A DNA stretch of 60,274 nucleotides from Gekko japonicus (lineage: Eukaryota): contig NW_015177013.1 in the NCBI RefSeq assembly GCF_001447785.1, positions 777,064 to 837,337 of the forward strand. Direction: 5' to 3'. Shown here in pieces: positions 1 through 12,341 of the stretch. The position numbers were made by a program, and so were the translations under genes. The notes under the pieces were generated by a model. That model was not told the origin of the DNA and made no database searches. It saw only the letters and a program-made list of their open reading frames with translations. Numbering within the stretch: the first letter of the stretch is position 1; the number at the start of each line of letters is the position of its first letter.

Positions 1-186
1 CTGTCTCTGCTTCTCCAGGTCAGCTACCTTGGCCTCAAGGGAGCAAACACGTTCCCTGAGAACCAGGAGCTCCTTGCACCGAGCACACACCCAAAACTTC
101 TGTCCAGTGGGCAGATAGTCATACATGTGACACTCCGTGCAAAACACTGGATAGCCCCCAACCCTCTGCTGGCATTCTGGCTTCAT
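1..186 (-). mobile_element. 5' end of CR1 LINE ORF1 (zinc finger + leucine zipper), running off the window edge; 5' UTR probably extends to ~700
   Basis: Reverse strand from ATG at 186 reads MKPECQQRVGGYPVFCTECHMYDYLPTGQKFWVCARCKELLVLRERVCSLEAKVADLEKQRQ: CxxC-x15-CxxC followed by heptad leucines, typical of the CR1 ORF1p N-terminus. Confidence 0.8.
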
Positions 187-827
187 AATTCTTTTAAAAT
201 AAGTAAATATTACCCCCCTTTTAAAACCCTTTGCATTTATGTGGTTTTTCTTGTCGAAGTCAACTTACCTTACGGGAAAGACAAGGAGCCTAGGGCCTTG
301 GCTTTCTGGCTCTTCTTGGGCTTCTTATGGAGCCTCTAGGCTAAGACCCACAGGCAAAGAGCCCTTTAGCTCGCCCTTCGGCTCATGCCTCTGGCAAGGT
401 GCTTTCTTAAATACTGAATTACAGTCAATTACAGTCAAACAATGCCCCTTCCTCTCTCAAGCAGCCAGGACTCTGCATCAACTCTAATCCTTTGACACAC
501 TCCGAAACACAGTCCTCCCACACAATATCCTCAGCTGAATCCCCTCAGCTGAAAGCAAGTAAAAAAACACTCACCCCTCTAGCAGCTCTGTCTTCTGCTC
601 AGAGCTCAGCTGGGTCTGCCTACCAGGGATAGGGCATCTTAGAGCAACCTGCAGAACACAGAATCCTCAACAATAGGAAAGGGCTACCTATCTAGAGTGA
701 TCATCTTGAAGCAATTTTAAAGCCAGTAACAACTTCGGGGCCCCCATCCCTGCACAAACCTGTTAAACGTCTTTTAGAAAGAGAGAAAATGCAGTGCAGT
801 TAAAAATTCCAAAACAAGCCAATAGAG

Positions 828-1036
828 TAAAGGTAAAAGGTAAAGGTAAAGCCAGTCGAACTTTAGGGGGCGGTGCTTATCTCTGTTTCCAAGCTGAAGA
901 GTCAATGCTGTCCAAAGTCGTTTCCGTGGCCATGTGGGTGGCATGACTAAACGACAAGGCACACGGAACGCTGTTACCTTCCTACTGAAGTGGTACCTAT
1001 TTATCTCCCTGCAATTTCTTGCTTTCAAACTGCTAG
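828..1036 (-). mobile_element. Sauria SINE, 3' part
   Basis: (AAAGGT)n at 828-852 is the reverse complement of the (ACCTTT)n tail; body gcatgactaaacg...ggaacgctgttaccttcc...ggtacctatttatct...gctttcaaactgctag is characteristic. Confidence 0.8.
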
Positions 1037-1632
1037 AGAGAAACTTTTTTAAAAACAGTACAAAAGAAAACCAAGGAAAACTATTTTTAAACAGCCAGAA
1101 AAGGGGGAAAGGTGTTCTCCCCCCCAACTCACCCCCCAGACAAAAACAAACAAAAAACCGAGAAGAAATAATATTAAATGGTGTCCACTGTGGGAAAACC
1201 AGTCCTGAAGATGTCCAGGTACAGAAGAACAAGGAGGTATTTTTAGCAGCAAGCACCAGGATTCCAAAAAAATAAAAGAAAAATCTAGACCTGAATTGGA
1301 GTCGTGGGCCTGCTTTTAATCCTCTTTGTCCATGCTGAGAGAGCCATGGAGAGCTGTGAAACTACTGTCATGATTGGGCAGACAGTTCTTCTCCTCCCCT
1401 TAATGTCTAATCCATCTATTGCCCAGGAAACCTGTAAAAATGGAAGAAAGACAGGCCTTTTTTAAAAACAGACCCTATCTGACTATACATCCCAAACCAT
1501 GATCCTTTGCTATACTAGGAGACAGAAATAAGTGGGATGGACTCCTACATATGTGAATGCAAAAGAGGGAAGGGCCAGTGTGTTTTAGAAGAACTGCATC
1601 TTGGCTAATCTCCTTTTCTGAAAACTCGCTAG

Positions 1633-1749
<117 letters not shown>

Positions 1750-2485
1750 TAAAGAAATGGCAGCACCTTGGGGTGCCTGAGCTTTGGCAGCACTTCAGGG
1801 TAACTGACCTTCTAACTCTTTCTGTTAATTGTTTGAACAGGTTTTGAATGGACAGTAATGGGTGGCAAAGATCCTTAGATTTCTTTATTCTCATTTGAGG
1901 AGAGGAGGACATCCTGATGTTTGGGTACTCCACCCACAATCCCTGGAGGCAGATTATGAGGTAATCCTTTCCCACACCTGAGGAGAGGAGTACCTCCTTC
2001 TTCATTTCTTTTCCTGCCTCTTTCGCATGTGCAGGACTCCGGAGGATTGCCTTTTGGCCTTTTTTCTGCTGTGGAGTTCCCTTTTAGATAATCTTTTCTT
2101 ACTTTGTGTTTTTCTTCTCAATTGCCATTGTTGGAGGAGAGAGAAGGGGAGGGGACAATAACCCTCCTTGTTTCTCCTCCAACATCCACCTCTGCTCTGC
2201 TCAGTGACTAGTTGCCACTAGTCCCCAAGGCTCTTGGTCATCGAGTAAAACGTGCAAGAGTTTTGTGTTTTTCTGTCATTTGCATTTGAAATGACAGGCA
2301 CATTAGCAGATAATTTAGGGGTCATCATGCTGGATGACAGGGATGCAGAAGTAAAAGCAGAGGTGTAAATTGGCAGTTTCCACAGTTAAGCCAGCTGTGA
2401 GGAAATCTTTGGTGCTAAAATCCCTGCACCTTCTTGCAGCAACTGCCACTTCTTCTGCGGTACAAATGCAGACTGATCAAAAGGT

Positions 2486-2658
2486 GATTCAGGTGGGTAG
2501 CTATGTTGCACTGAAGCAATAGAACAAAGTTTGAGTCCAGTGGCACCTTTAAGACCAACAAAGTTTAATTCTGGGTATCAGCTTCTGTGTGCATACAGAC
2601 GAAAGTTTATACTCAGGATTAAACTTTGTTGGTCTTAAAGGTGCCACTGGACTCAAAC
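2486..2658. mobile_element. Penelope-derived short hairpin element
   Basis: ~49-bp inverted arms (2530-2578 / 2609-2657, gagtccagtggcacctttaagaccaacaaagttta); flanked by ctgatcaa(a/g)aggtg direct repeats (2473-2486 / 2660-2673). Confidence 0.7.
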
Positions 2659-2879
2659 GCTGATCAAGAGGTGGCGAGTGTGCACATCAATCCTGCTTCC
2701 CCGGGCCCCTCAGCTGCCAGCAGCCTGTGTTAGCTGCCACTTCCACTACAGCACAAATGCAAACTGATCAAGAAGTGGTGAGTGTGCAGGTCAGTACCCG
2801 AGCCCCTCAGGAAGAAGTGGAGATGTCTTTGTTGCCCCAGTGGGTTTTTCAGGAGTGACTGACCAACTTCTTTAATAAT

Positions 2880-5235
2880 GAGAGTTGATCAGAAGAAAGC
2901 AGTCTCAGGGCATAAAGATACATAGCTCTTTCTCATCAGCCTACATCCTGCCTAAAAGGCAGGCTACCCAAGGGGCCAAGGATTCGGATCACCAAAAATC
3001 CTCTTGGCCTACTAAATGTGGCACAAAAAAAGCTCCATTATTCTTTGTGCTTTGTTTTGAGGTAGGAACAATTGGTTGACGGAGGTGTCGATGATAACTC
3101 CCAGATATTCCAGTTGTTGAGAGGGAGATAGGGAGATCTTTTGTGGGCTGGCTATGAATCCATTATCTTGAAGGCACTGGATGGTCAACTTTGTGACTAG
3201 TTGGGTCTTGTTTCTGGTACTGGAGACCAAGCCCTATGAGGAAAGGCTGAGGGACTTGGGAGTGTTTAATCTGGAGAAGAAGAGGAGGTTTTGGGGGGGA
3301 TGTGATTGCTCTCTTTAAGTAATTGAAGGGCTGTCACTTAGAGGAGGGCAGGGAGCTGTTCCTGTTGGAAGCAGAGGATAAGACTCACAATAATGGGTTT
3401 AAATTAAATGTGGGAAAGTAGTGGCTGGATATTAGGAAAAACGTTTTTTACACTACGAGTTGTGTAACAGTGGAATCAGCTGCCTAGGGAGGTGGTGAGT
3501 AGTCTTTAACCAGTGGCTAGACAAACACTTGTCAGGGATGCTCTAGGAGGATCCTGCATTGAGCTGGGGGTTGGACTAGATGGCCCCTTTCAACTCTGTG
3601 ATTCTATGAAAATCAAGGCCAGGTTTCTGCCCAGATTCCTCTGGAAGATCAAAGATCAATGAGTGGACATTATACTAGTGACGCTATTTTGGCCATGTCG
3701 GTTCTCACAGATTTCATTAGAACCCCCCTGGATTACCAGTGTCCTCAGACATGCTACAACAGGGTCCCATTTGGCATCCCGACCCCACCTGGATGCACTT
3801 GACCACCTGGAGGATGAAAATAGGTGCTTCCTATGATTGGGATATGATCCTGTTATGACGGAGACTCTACTGGCATCCCAAAGACAATCCACCAACAAAA
3901 TACGCAATACGTCTTGGAAAGCCTTCATATGATGGTGCAGAAGAAAGGGGATTAACCCATTAAAACTATCGCTCACCTCAATTTTAGCATTCCTGCAAGG
4001 AGTCAAGAGAAAACTTAAGGCACACACACTGAAATGGCAAACAGCTGCCTTAGCTGCTGTTCTGCACCATACCAAAGGCATGCACATTTCCTGTCATCCC
4101 CACATCATCTGCTTTATTCGAGGCATGACTCTGAGGGACCACCACAAGCTCACAGATTTCTCATGTGGAAATTTCAAATCGTCCTCTCTGCTCTCACAAA
4201 CCATCATTTGAACCACTTCGGGATATCTGCATCTAATGGCTCAGAATGAAGACTCTGATCCTTGTTGCCATCACCTTGGCCAGGAGGGTGTTTGAAATAG
4301 ACTCACTTTCAGTCAAGGGAGACATTTTCATCTTCCATAAGGTCAAAATGGTCCTTAGACCTGATCCCATGTTTATTCCCAAGGTTAATTCTGTGTTCCA
4401 CAGGTCCCAGGAACTGCAACTACCATTCTGTCTGAAGCTAAGCATCCAAAGGAAAAGGCTTGGAACACTCTCGATGTTAGAAGAGCCCTAAAGTATTACT
4501 TACAGTGAACCAACTTCTTTAGAAAAACAGATGCTATGTTTATCTCCATATTTCCTCCAAACAGGGGCCATAGGATGTCCAGGGTGGCGATCAGCAACAC
4601 CATCAAGGCTTGCATCATTGAAGCCTACAAAGGCCATAATAGTCAAATTTCTTCAGGTATCACAGCTCATTCTATCCAGAGTGCTGCCACCAACATGGCC
4701 TTTGTTAAGCATGCTGCTGTCAAAGAAGTCTGTAAAGCAGCTACCTAGTCTTTGCTATCCACTTTCATCAAACTTAAAAAAAAATCAACACTAGAAGAGT
4801 GCTGCAGAACATTATAAGTGATGGTGACTCTAATCCACCCAATAATTGAAGACACTGTTCTGGGAGGTCACTATCAAGATGTCCTGCCATAGAGGAAGAA
4901 CAGACCATTGAATACTTACCATGAAGGGTCCTTCTCCTCTTGAAGTCATCATCAGGAAGACAATAAAGCAAGTTTTTCTTCTTGTCTCATCCTTTTGTTC
5001 ACTCACTTTGTATATGTATCTGCTGTTCCTCTGTTTTTTCTCCTACTGCAGAGGTAGTAGCTTAGTCTAAACTGCTGATGGAGTTGCCAAACTGGAGAGG
5101 GTGACTCCCATGAGGCTGAAGACAGGAAGCTGAAAATTAGTTCCTCCCTCCCTTGATTGGACAGTGGGAATCAAGATGTCCTCCGTTCCTCAGAAGAGAA
5201 GGACCCTTCACAGTAAGTATCCAGTGGTCTGTTTT
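2880..5235 (+). mobile_element. DIRS retrotransposon 'B': 3' part (MT end, YR, ICR, right end) plus an inverted RT/RH fragment, nested in DIRS C
   Basis: YR motifs KTLILVAITLARRV, LRPDPMFIPKVNS, ITAHSIQS, EVCKAAT. ICR ~4870-4940 is complementary to the end 5195-5235. Minus-strand 3012-3230 encodes a DIRS RT C-terminus (GFIASPQKISLSPSQQLEYLGVIID). Confidence 0.8.
3220..3609 (+). mobile_element. CR1 LINE 3' fragment
   Basis: PYEERLRDLGVFNLEK; ends ...ttcaactctgtgattctatga (CR1 tail). Confidence 0.88.
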
Positions 5236-6939
5236 GCTCCAAGAAACAGGATAGGCCACAGAAGGGGTTTATTCCCAGTCCTTTCACATCTACAGGACTC
5301 TTTCCAGATTCTGTACAGACTATAAAAAACTGACCTGGTCCAAGCTAAAGTCTTCCTTCAGGTCCAACTCTCAGTCCATCCAGGGCCCAAACTCCGGCAA
5401 CAGAGGCAACAAACCTTACCCACAGCGCTCCTGACATCAGGCCTCTACCAGTAGGGGGCAGACTTAGATTGTTCTGGCAGAAATGGACTGTATCAACATC
5501 CGATGCTTGGGTGCAACACGCCATCAGGCAAGGTTATGCCATTGAGTTGTCTCCCCGGCATGAGCCCTTCTTGCAGTCCCCTCATTCTAACTAATTTGTT
5601 GCATACAAAAAATGGTGACTCCAAAGTCAATTTCAGAGGCAATTATAGCAGGGAACTTCATGATATCCATAGACCTCAAAGAGGCCTATCTATATTTCCC
5701 AATTTTTCTCCATACAGAAGTACCTCTGCTTCACTTGGGGAAGGGATCACTACCAGTCCAAGGCCCTGTCCTTCAGACTAGCATCGGCCCTGAGGGTGTT
5801 CACAAAGGTGATGGTTGCCTCAGATCCCAGGGTATCCATGTGCATCCCTACTTGGATGACCTTTTCATCAGGTCTCTCTCAGCAGAGAAGGGGTTCGAGG
5901 ACATGCAGTCCACTATCCAGCATTTGTCATAACACTGCTTCCTCGTCAACACTGAAAAGAGTCTGTTGACCCCATCACAGGTTGTGACTCACTTGGGAGC
6001 AATTGTGGATGAAGTCTGCATGAAGCTTTTTCTCCTCCCAGAAAAAGTGGCAAAGCTAAAGAGTGCAGCAAATCTTTTCATTGCCTCAAGGTTGAAGGAC
6101 CTAATGGTTTTGACCCAGCTCCTGGGTTCCATGGTTGCAGCCATTGCCACAATCTCATAGGCTTGAGCACTCTCCAGGGACCTTCAGTGATTCTTACCTG
6201 CTCACCAGTGGTCAGTTGTCCTCAAGAGCCACTTGAGACTGAGAGTCTGTCCTCAGTTAAATATTTCCCTTTGTTGATGGACTGTCTTTTCACATCTGAT
6301 CAAAGGCAAAGAGATCCATCCAGAGATGGACCTAGTGATTATCACAAATGTAAGTCTTTTGGGCTGGGGAACCCACTGCTCTCTGGGCCAGAGCCAAGGA
6401 ACATGGTTGGTCTCAGAACAGACCGTGAGCATCAGTTTCCTGGAACTCGGCATGATTTTCCTAGTGCTAGAATTCTTCTTGAAAATGTATCGGCGCTTTC
6501 ATGTTTGCTTTTGAACTGACAACACCACAGCCAAGGCCCAAGTCAATCGCCAGGGAGGCATGTGATCCTGGAAGCTTTAACAGGAAGTGGCCTTGATAAT
6601 GAAGTGGTCAGAAAGACACCTAGCAGCTCTCCTGAGTGGAGTACATCAAAGGCATCTTCAGTATCCAAGTCGATTGGCTCAGCCAGACTCACTTGGACCA
6701 AGGGGAGTGGTCCCTGTCCCAGGCCCTATTCAAACAAGTGACTCATTGCTTTGATCAACCCTGTGTAGACCTTTTCACCTCTCCCTATAACACGGACCAC
6801 CCACTTCTTTTTTTGTTATAACTGTCCAGAAGTGGAAAAGACAAGGTCTTCTTCTCTCCAGGTGGCTGGCCGGCCTACTGTATGCCTTTCCTCCAATCCC
6901 AGTGGTCTCCAGGGCTCTGAAAAAACTTAAGCAGGAGAG

Positions 6940-7522
6940 AGAAGAAAAGAAGAAGAGATTGGATTTCTACCCCTCCCTTCACTACCTGAAGGAGTCTTAG
7001 AGTGGCTTACCTGTGAAGTAGCCAAGGAAACAAGACAAAACTGGGGCCAATATAGAACCAATAATACACTCTGAACCATGAGTAGTATGCTAGATACAAT
7101 TGCTTTATACTAGATAGTTACTATAAAGTATACAAAATTTCCCCAAATATTTACAACAATAAGAATACAATAGAATATCAGTGGCTGCCAACAGCCCCAA
7201 AATAACAGTGGAATTCCTAAACAGTTACTGTTGGCAGTCAAAAAAGTAGAAGGCTTAATGAGCTGATAGCTACTGGAGCTTGACGAAGCAGCCGGCTTAC
7301 ACTTGGTTTCGTCTAGTGACTTCCTCATAAGCAGCTTAACTGTTGTTGTATATAAGTTTTCTTAATATGTGTATTTTCTTGGTTTTTAAGATACTCCTCT
7401 AGAGATGCTACCTTTAATATAGGGACTAGCCCTTATTTCCTTGGACCATATCTCCTATGATTTCCTTGGACCAGTTCTCCCAGATTAGCGTCTGTGCTCC
7501 TAACCACTACACCAAACTGGCT
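6940..7522 (-). mobile_element. tRNA-derived SINE (Squam3-like) inserted in the DIRS C MT domain, itself interrupted by unidentified sequence ~7012-7470
   Basis: Tail gaagaagagattggatttctacccctccc at ~6945; head ...taaccactacaccaaactggc at ~7520; DIRS frame KKLKQER / AVIFLAPHWPR resumes on either side. Confidence 0.7.
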
Positions 7523-9440
7523 GCAGTGATCTTCCTGGCTCCACATTGGCCAAGGAAACCTTGATTTTCAGACCTGCTTGCATTGTCAGTCCAGCCTCCC
7601 TGGATGCTTCCAGTTCTTCCAGTCAGTCTGTCCCAGGGACCAATACTCACCAGGGCCTTACAGCTAGCATGCTCTGTATACGGGCAAAGGCTCTGGCCTC
7701 AGTTCTGCCAACAGTTGAGGGATGTCCACTATCACACCACCTACCTGTCAAGCGTTTCCTCAGAGAAGCAGCATTTTCCAGCCTGCCAGTGGTTCACTGT
7801 TTTCCTTCTTGGAAACTTCATTTGCTTCTTCAAGTACTTACCTAACCTCCATTTGAGCCACTGCAAGAGATATCACTCTTACAGCCATCACCTCTGCCAG
7901 ATGTGTCTGAGAATCGGGAGCTCTTATTTATAGCTAAAAGCCTCTACATTTTGTAGAAGGATGTGGGGGTTCTGTCTGGACCCTTTGCTCATACCAACAG
8001 TGAATTCTGTGTTCCATGGGTCTCAGGAGGTGTACCTCCCATTCTTGTATCCCAATCCATTGCACCTTAAGGAGAAGAACTGGGATACCTTGGATGTGTG
8101 AAGAGCCTTACATATGAACATCCAGTGTACAGCTTCTATCAGGAGATTAGATGTTCTGTTTGTAGCTTACCATCCTGTAACCAAGGGCAGAAAGGTGTCT
8201 AAAGTGTCTCTCAGTAGGTAGCTGAAAAGAGTGTTTTATTTTGGCTTATTCTCAAAGGCTTAAAAATCTGGAAGGAATCACGGCCCACAACCAGGAGGCC
8301 AGCCACCACAGCTGCCTTTCAGTCCAGTGGTTTTAGAGATCTGTAGAGTAGCCATCTGGGCAGCTATGTCTACCTTCATAAGCCATTACAAAATGGACTC
8401 ATATGCAGCAGCCGATGTAATCTTTGGGTGGCAAGTGCTTCAACAGGTGGTTTGAGAGGAATTGAAACACAGTGCTGCCCTCCCGTCTCAGGGGAAGTTT
8501 TGTGACATCCCAAACATCAGGATGTCGTCCTCTCCTCAAATGAGAAAGGAACTTTGGACTTACGTGAAGGTTCCTTCTATTTGAGATAGAGGACGATATC
8601 CTGGACCCACCCTGATATAGGGGAATCTGATTGCTTTCTGGATAATAGTTCTCTTGTCTCAATTATCTTAAACTCTTTTTTCACTCTTTTTTCACTGCTA
8701 CTGTCAACTGTTGAATGTTGTTTCTTCTTTGAAATGGGGTTGGCCCTCTGGCCTTGTCCTGTAGTTGTTTAATCTTCAAGTTATGTCCTGTTGGCAGCAT
8801 CAAACAATGGGTCCACTTTGTGGTTTTCTATGGAAAGCTCTGGAAGCCTCTGAACTGAAGAAGGAGGTACTCTTCTCCTTGGGGGGGTGGGGGAGGAAAT
8901 GACCTAATGTCCTGCCTCCAGGAATTGTGGGAGAAGGAGTACCCAGATGTCAGGATTTCCTTCTCTACTTGAAATAGAAGGAACTTTCACAGTAAGTCCA
9001 AAGTTCCTTTTGCAGTTATTTGACTATGATAAATGGATTTCTCTGGGATCCCTTCAACTCTGTTCTGTATGATTTGTATGAATGGCCTCCTGAAGGATAC
9101 TTGAAAATACAGTTTTAATGGCAACAAACTTTGTCATCAGGTAACTTGAAGAGCCGTATGTTTGTGTAACCAGTTTCTTCTTGTTTTGGAATAACAAAAA
9201 AGAAGTAGGAGGCTCTTTTACCTTATCAGATGGGCAGGGGCAGATTAGATCAGTGAAGTGCCAGTTACTAGTGGTACCATGTAGTCAAGTTAAACCTGTA
9301 CATTTTGGACCAGGCATGAAAATTAGTAGGTCCTTACTAGATCAAAGAGGAAAGATCACATTTACTGTCTTCTGTACACTTCTATATCTGTTCACTTCTG
9401 TGCTGATGGGTCTAGTTTACCACATTTTGAGTGTATGATG

Positions 9441-9535
9441 ATTATATATCATATATTAATAATTAATACTTATATATTAATAATTAATACTTATATATTA
9501 ATAATAATAATAATAATTATTATTATTATTATTAT
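9441..9535. repeat. AT-rich minisatellite (21-nt unit, ~2.5 copies) followed by an (AAT)n(TAT)n palindromic microsatellite
   Basis: atatattaataattaatactt repeated, then aataataat...tattattat. Confidence 0.9.
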
Positions 9536-9716
9536 CTCTGAGACAACTTCCTCCTAAATAAACATAAGCCTTCAGTTGTTGAGAGCATCTGAGAATGTTC
9601 TGCTCAAGTTTAAGGGCAGGTATTACACTGATGTAGTCTCAGCACTAATACATTTCACATTTAAGGTCTGTCAATATATCTTTACCCTCCTTTAGAAAAG
9701 TAGTGCACACTGTTTT

Positions 9717-10112
9717 AAGAACAAAGAGAAGCCAATGTCGGATCAGGCCAATGGCCCATCCAATCCAACACTCTGTCACACAGTGGCCAAAAATACCAGG
9801 TGCCATCAGGAGGTCCAGCAGTAGGGCCAGGACACTAGAAGCCGACCCACTGTTGCCCCCTCCCTCTGCACCAAGAATACAGAGCATCACTTGACCCAGT
9901 CTGAGAGTTCCTATCTATACCCTGTGGCTAATAGTCACTGATGGACTTCTGCTCCATATGTTTATCTAATTCCCTCTTGAAGCTGTCCATGCTTGTATCC
10001 ACCGCCACCTCCTGCGGCAGTGAATTCCATGTGTTAATCACTCTTTGGGTGAAGAAGTACTTCCTTTTATCAGTTCTAACCTGACTGCTCAGCAATTTCA
10101 TTGAGTGCCCAC
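9717..10112 (-). mobile_element. CR1 LINE 3' end (host of DIRS A; continues at 15709-16037)
   Basis: Reverse complement of the CR1 copy at ~35245-35640 (GHSMKLLS..RTDKRKYFFTQRVIN plus 3' UTR). Confidence 0.9.
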
Positions 10113-10477
10113 AAGATCTTCATCGTGGTCCCTGTGCAGTCCCACACTTTGGTTTTGGCCTGCCCACGAACCCGATCTCGGAGATCTGGAAGAGCTAGCC
10201 TCAGACAATTTTTGGCGGGCTTTTCTCCTCCACTCTGGGGAGCAGGCTGCTACTGCGCATGCCTGGAGCTGAGGAGAAACCCCGCCCCCACTCAGTTTCT
10301 TCTTTTCCGCCGTCATGTTCAGACCTCGTTGCGCTTCACTCCTCTGGTTTACCTCAGCTGCCTCATTTCTTTTACCTATCGTCTTTACCGCCGTTTTTGT
10401 CGTCTTTGTCTTAAAAAAAAATCTTCATTTGTTGTTTGTGGAAATTTTCCGTCTTCTCTCCCCCCCCCCCAATCCTG

Positions 10478-12341
10478 GCGGACTCAAAGAAGAAAACCAC
10501 CTTTTTAAAAAGTGCCGGGGCTGTGGAGCGAAATTACTGTCGATGGACGGCCACTCTCTCTGCCTGTTTTGCTTAGGAGAAGGCCATCGAGTTGCTACTT
10601 GTGCTCACTGCAGTAACTTTAGTACTCAAGCCTGTAAAAATCGCGCTGCTCGCCTCCGGAGTCATCTCTTGGAGGCCTCCTTCCACCCGCAAGTGTCGCA
10701 GGTCTCAACGACTCGTGCCTCGCCGCCTCCCTCACTACCAAAGGGAGATTCGGCTCAGTCAGCTGCTACCCCTGGGCAGAAGCATAAGTCCTACAAAAAG
10801 GGAAAGTCATCCCAAAAATCAACTATCTCGACTGTCTCTGATAAAGTCAAATGTAAGTCTGAGAAGGAGGCAAAGAGATCATCGGAATTGTCTTCTGACC
10901 CTCCGAGATCGAAAAAGTCCAAACAGTCTTCCTCAGCTGACATCTCCACACCGACAGTTGCTTCGGCACTGACGGCGGTACCGGCAGGGCAGTCGGATTC
11001 ATCAGGTCTACAGTCGGAAGAGGCTCAACTTCGACCACTCAGTGCCCAGCCAGCAGACATGCATCATACTCAGGTCGTGATGATCCCTTCCCATTCGCCA
11101 TCGGCTTACAGCCAACCGCCTTCTGATCTCCTTGACTCCGAGGAGCCTCGGGATCGAACTTTTCGATATTGTGAGGACTGGTTCTCGTCGGTTGTACTTG
11201 ACTACCTCACCTCGATGTTCTCGAAATCGTTCACATGGGCCTCACTACTACTCTGGGTCTCCCTCCCACCATCAGCCAATACCCTACTGTCAACACCAAT
11301 ACTCCTCGGATTCGAGATCTCCATCACCTCGTACATATGAAAGGTGCTACTATGCCTCCAGACGACATTCTTGCTCACAATATCGATCCTCAATGACATA
11401 TCACTACTCAGAGAGTCGAGAAAGTCACCGGGATCAGGATGACCCTCAAGATACGGACCTTCTCATGACACAATGCTCGTCTCAACAGCGGCCTTAGGGG
11501 CCCTTGGACTCGCCTTCTATGCAACCTCTGGAACCTCCTATCTACATGCCAGACAAACACCTCGAGTCCCCATCGGGTTCGTCCAACTATGACTCCGAGC
11601 ACTCGGATTCGGATTGTGAAGACCCCGTACCGACCCCTCCGAATTCAGATTTGGGACAGTCAGGTTCCCTCTCGCCATCGGATAGTCCTAAATCAAGCCA
11701 AACACCCGGCACCACCTGAGCGGGAAGGCAAAAAACCTGACACCCTAGCTAGAAAATTTTACTCCCTTACCACGACCGTGTCCAAACTTCACAACTATCT
11801 GGCCTACTTCTCAGCTTACTCCTATCATCTAGCGAACCAATTCAGGCCATTACTTTTGGAATTGCCTGAACCCTTGCAGAAGATAGCCTCTGCCATTGTT
11901 GAAGAATTGGACTTGTTGTCCCATCAGCAAATCAACACCGTGCATCATGCGGTCGCATGCTCCTCCAGAGGTCTGGCCACCTCCATAGCGCTTCGCCACC
12001 ACGTGTGTCTCTGGATGGCCTCCCTCCAAGATGATGTTAAGGCTAAAATAGAGGATTTACCATTTGATGGAGAAGGTTTATTTCATTCTACCACTGATCA
12101 ATATCTCTCCTTGGTGGATGACAGCAGAAAGCATGCCAAACGCCTGGGTGTCATGTCTACCTCCTTTCCACTGAAATTTAAACCTCATACCTGGACACCG
12201 AGGCCTACCCGACGTCAACAATCTCCCCGTTCTAATGACTCCTGTAGACAGAAGAAGCCCTACTCCAGATCTTCCTTTCAATCTAAGGGCAAGAATCAAC
12301 AGCCTAAACGATCTGACACCAACACCAAACAGTCTCTTTGA
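10478..12341 (+). pseudogene. DIRS A gag (N-terminal zinc finger; LAP2alpha-like C-terminal domain), frameshifted
   Basis: FKKCRGCGAKLLSMDGHSLCLFCLGEGHRVATCAHC; Ser/Pro/Lys-rich middle; ATSIALRHH..KIEDLPFDGEGLF; split over several ORFs. Confidence 0.88.

Larger units (their letters stand above)
1888..9010 (+). mobile_element. DIRS retrotransposon 'C' (old, degenerate, carries nested insertions)
   Basis: Left ITR ~1888-2010 is inverted relative to right ITR ~8850-9010. ICR 8509-8603 is complementary to both termini. RT ~5445-6160 (PVGGRL, IDLKEAY, HPYLDD), RNase H (GWGTH, TDNTTA..VNRQGG), MT (EWSL, VDLF, LYAFPP), YR ~7670-8455. Confidence 0.88.

Noticed and set aside
774-1275. Overlapping 160-aa and 113-aa ORFs
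   Set aside because: Low-complexity sequence crossing a Sauria SINE; no domain signature.
9441-9535. AT palindrome as a functional cruciform
   Set aside because: Ordinary microsatellite slippage explains it.
10315-11340. 341-aa ORF with hydrophobic N-terminus as a novel membrane protein
   Set aside because: T-rich DIRS leader read in frame with a frameshifted gag.
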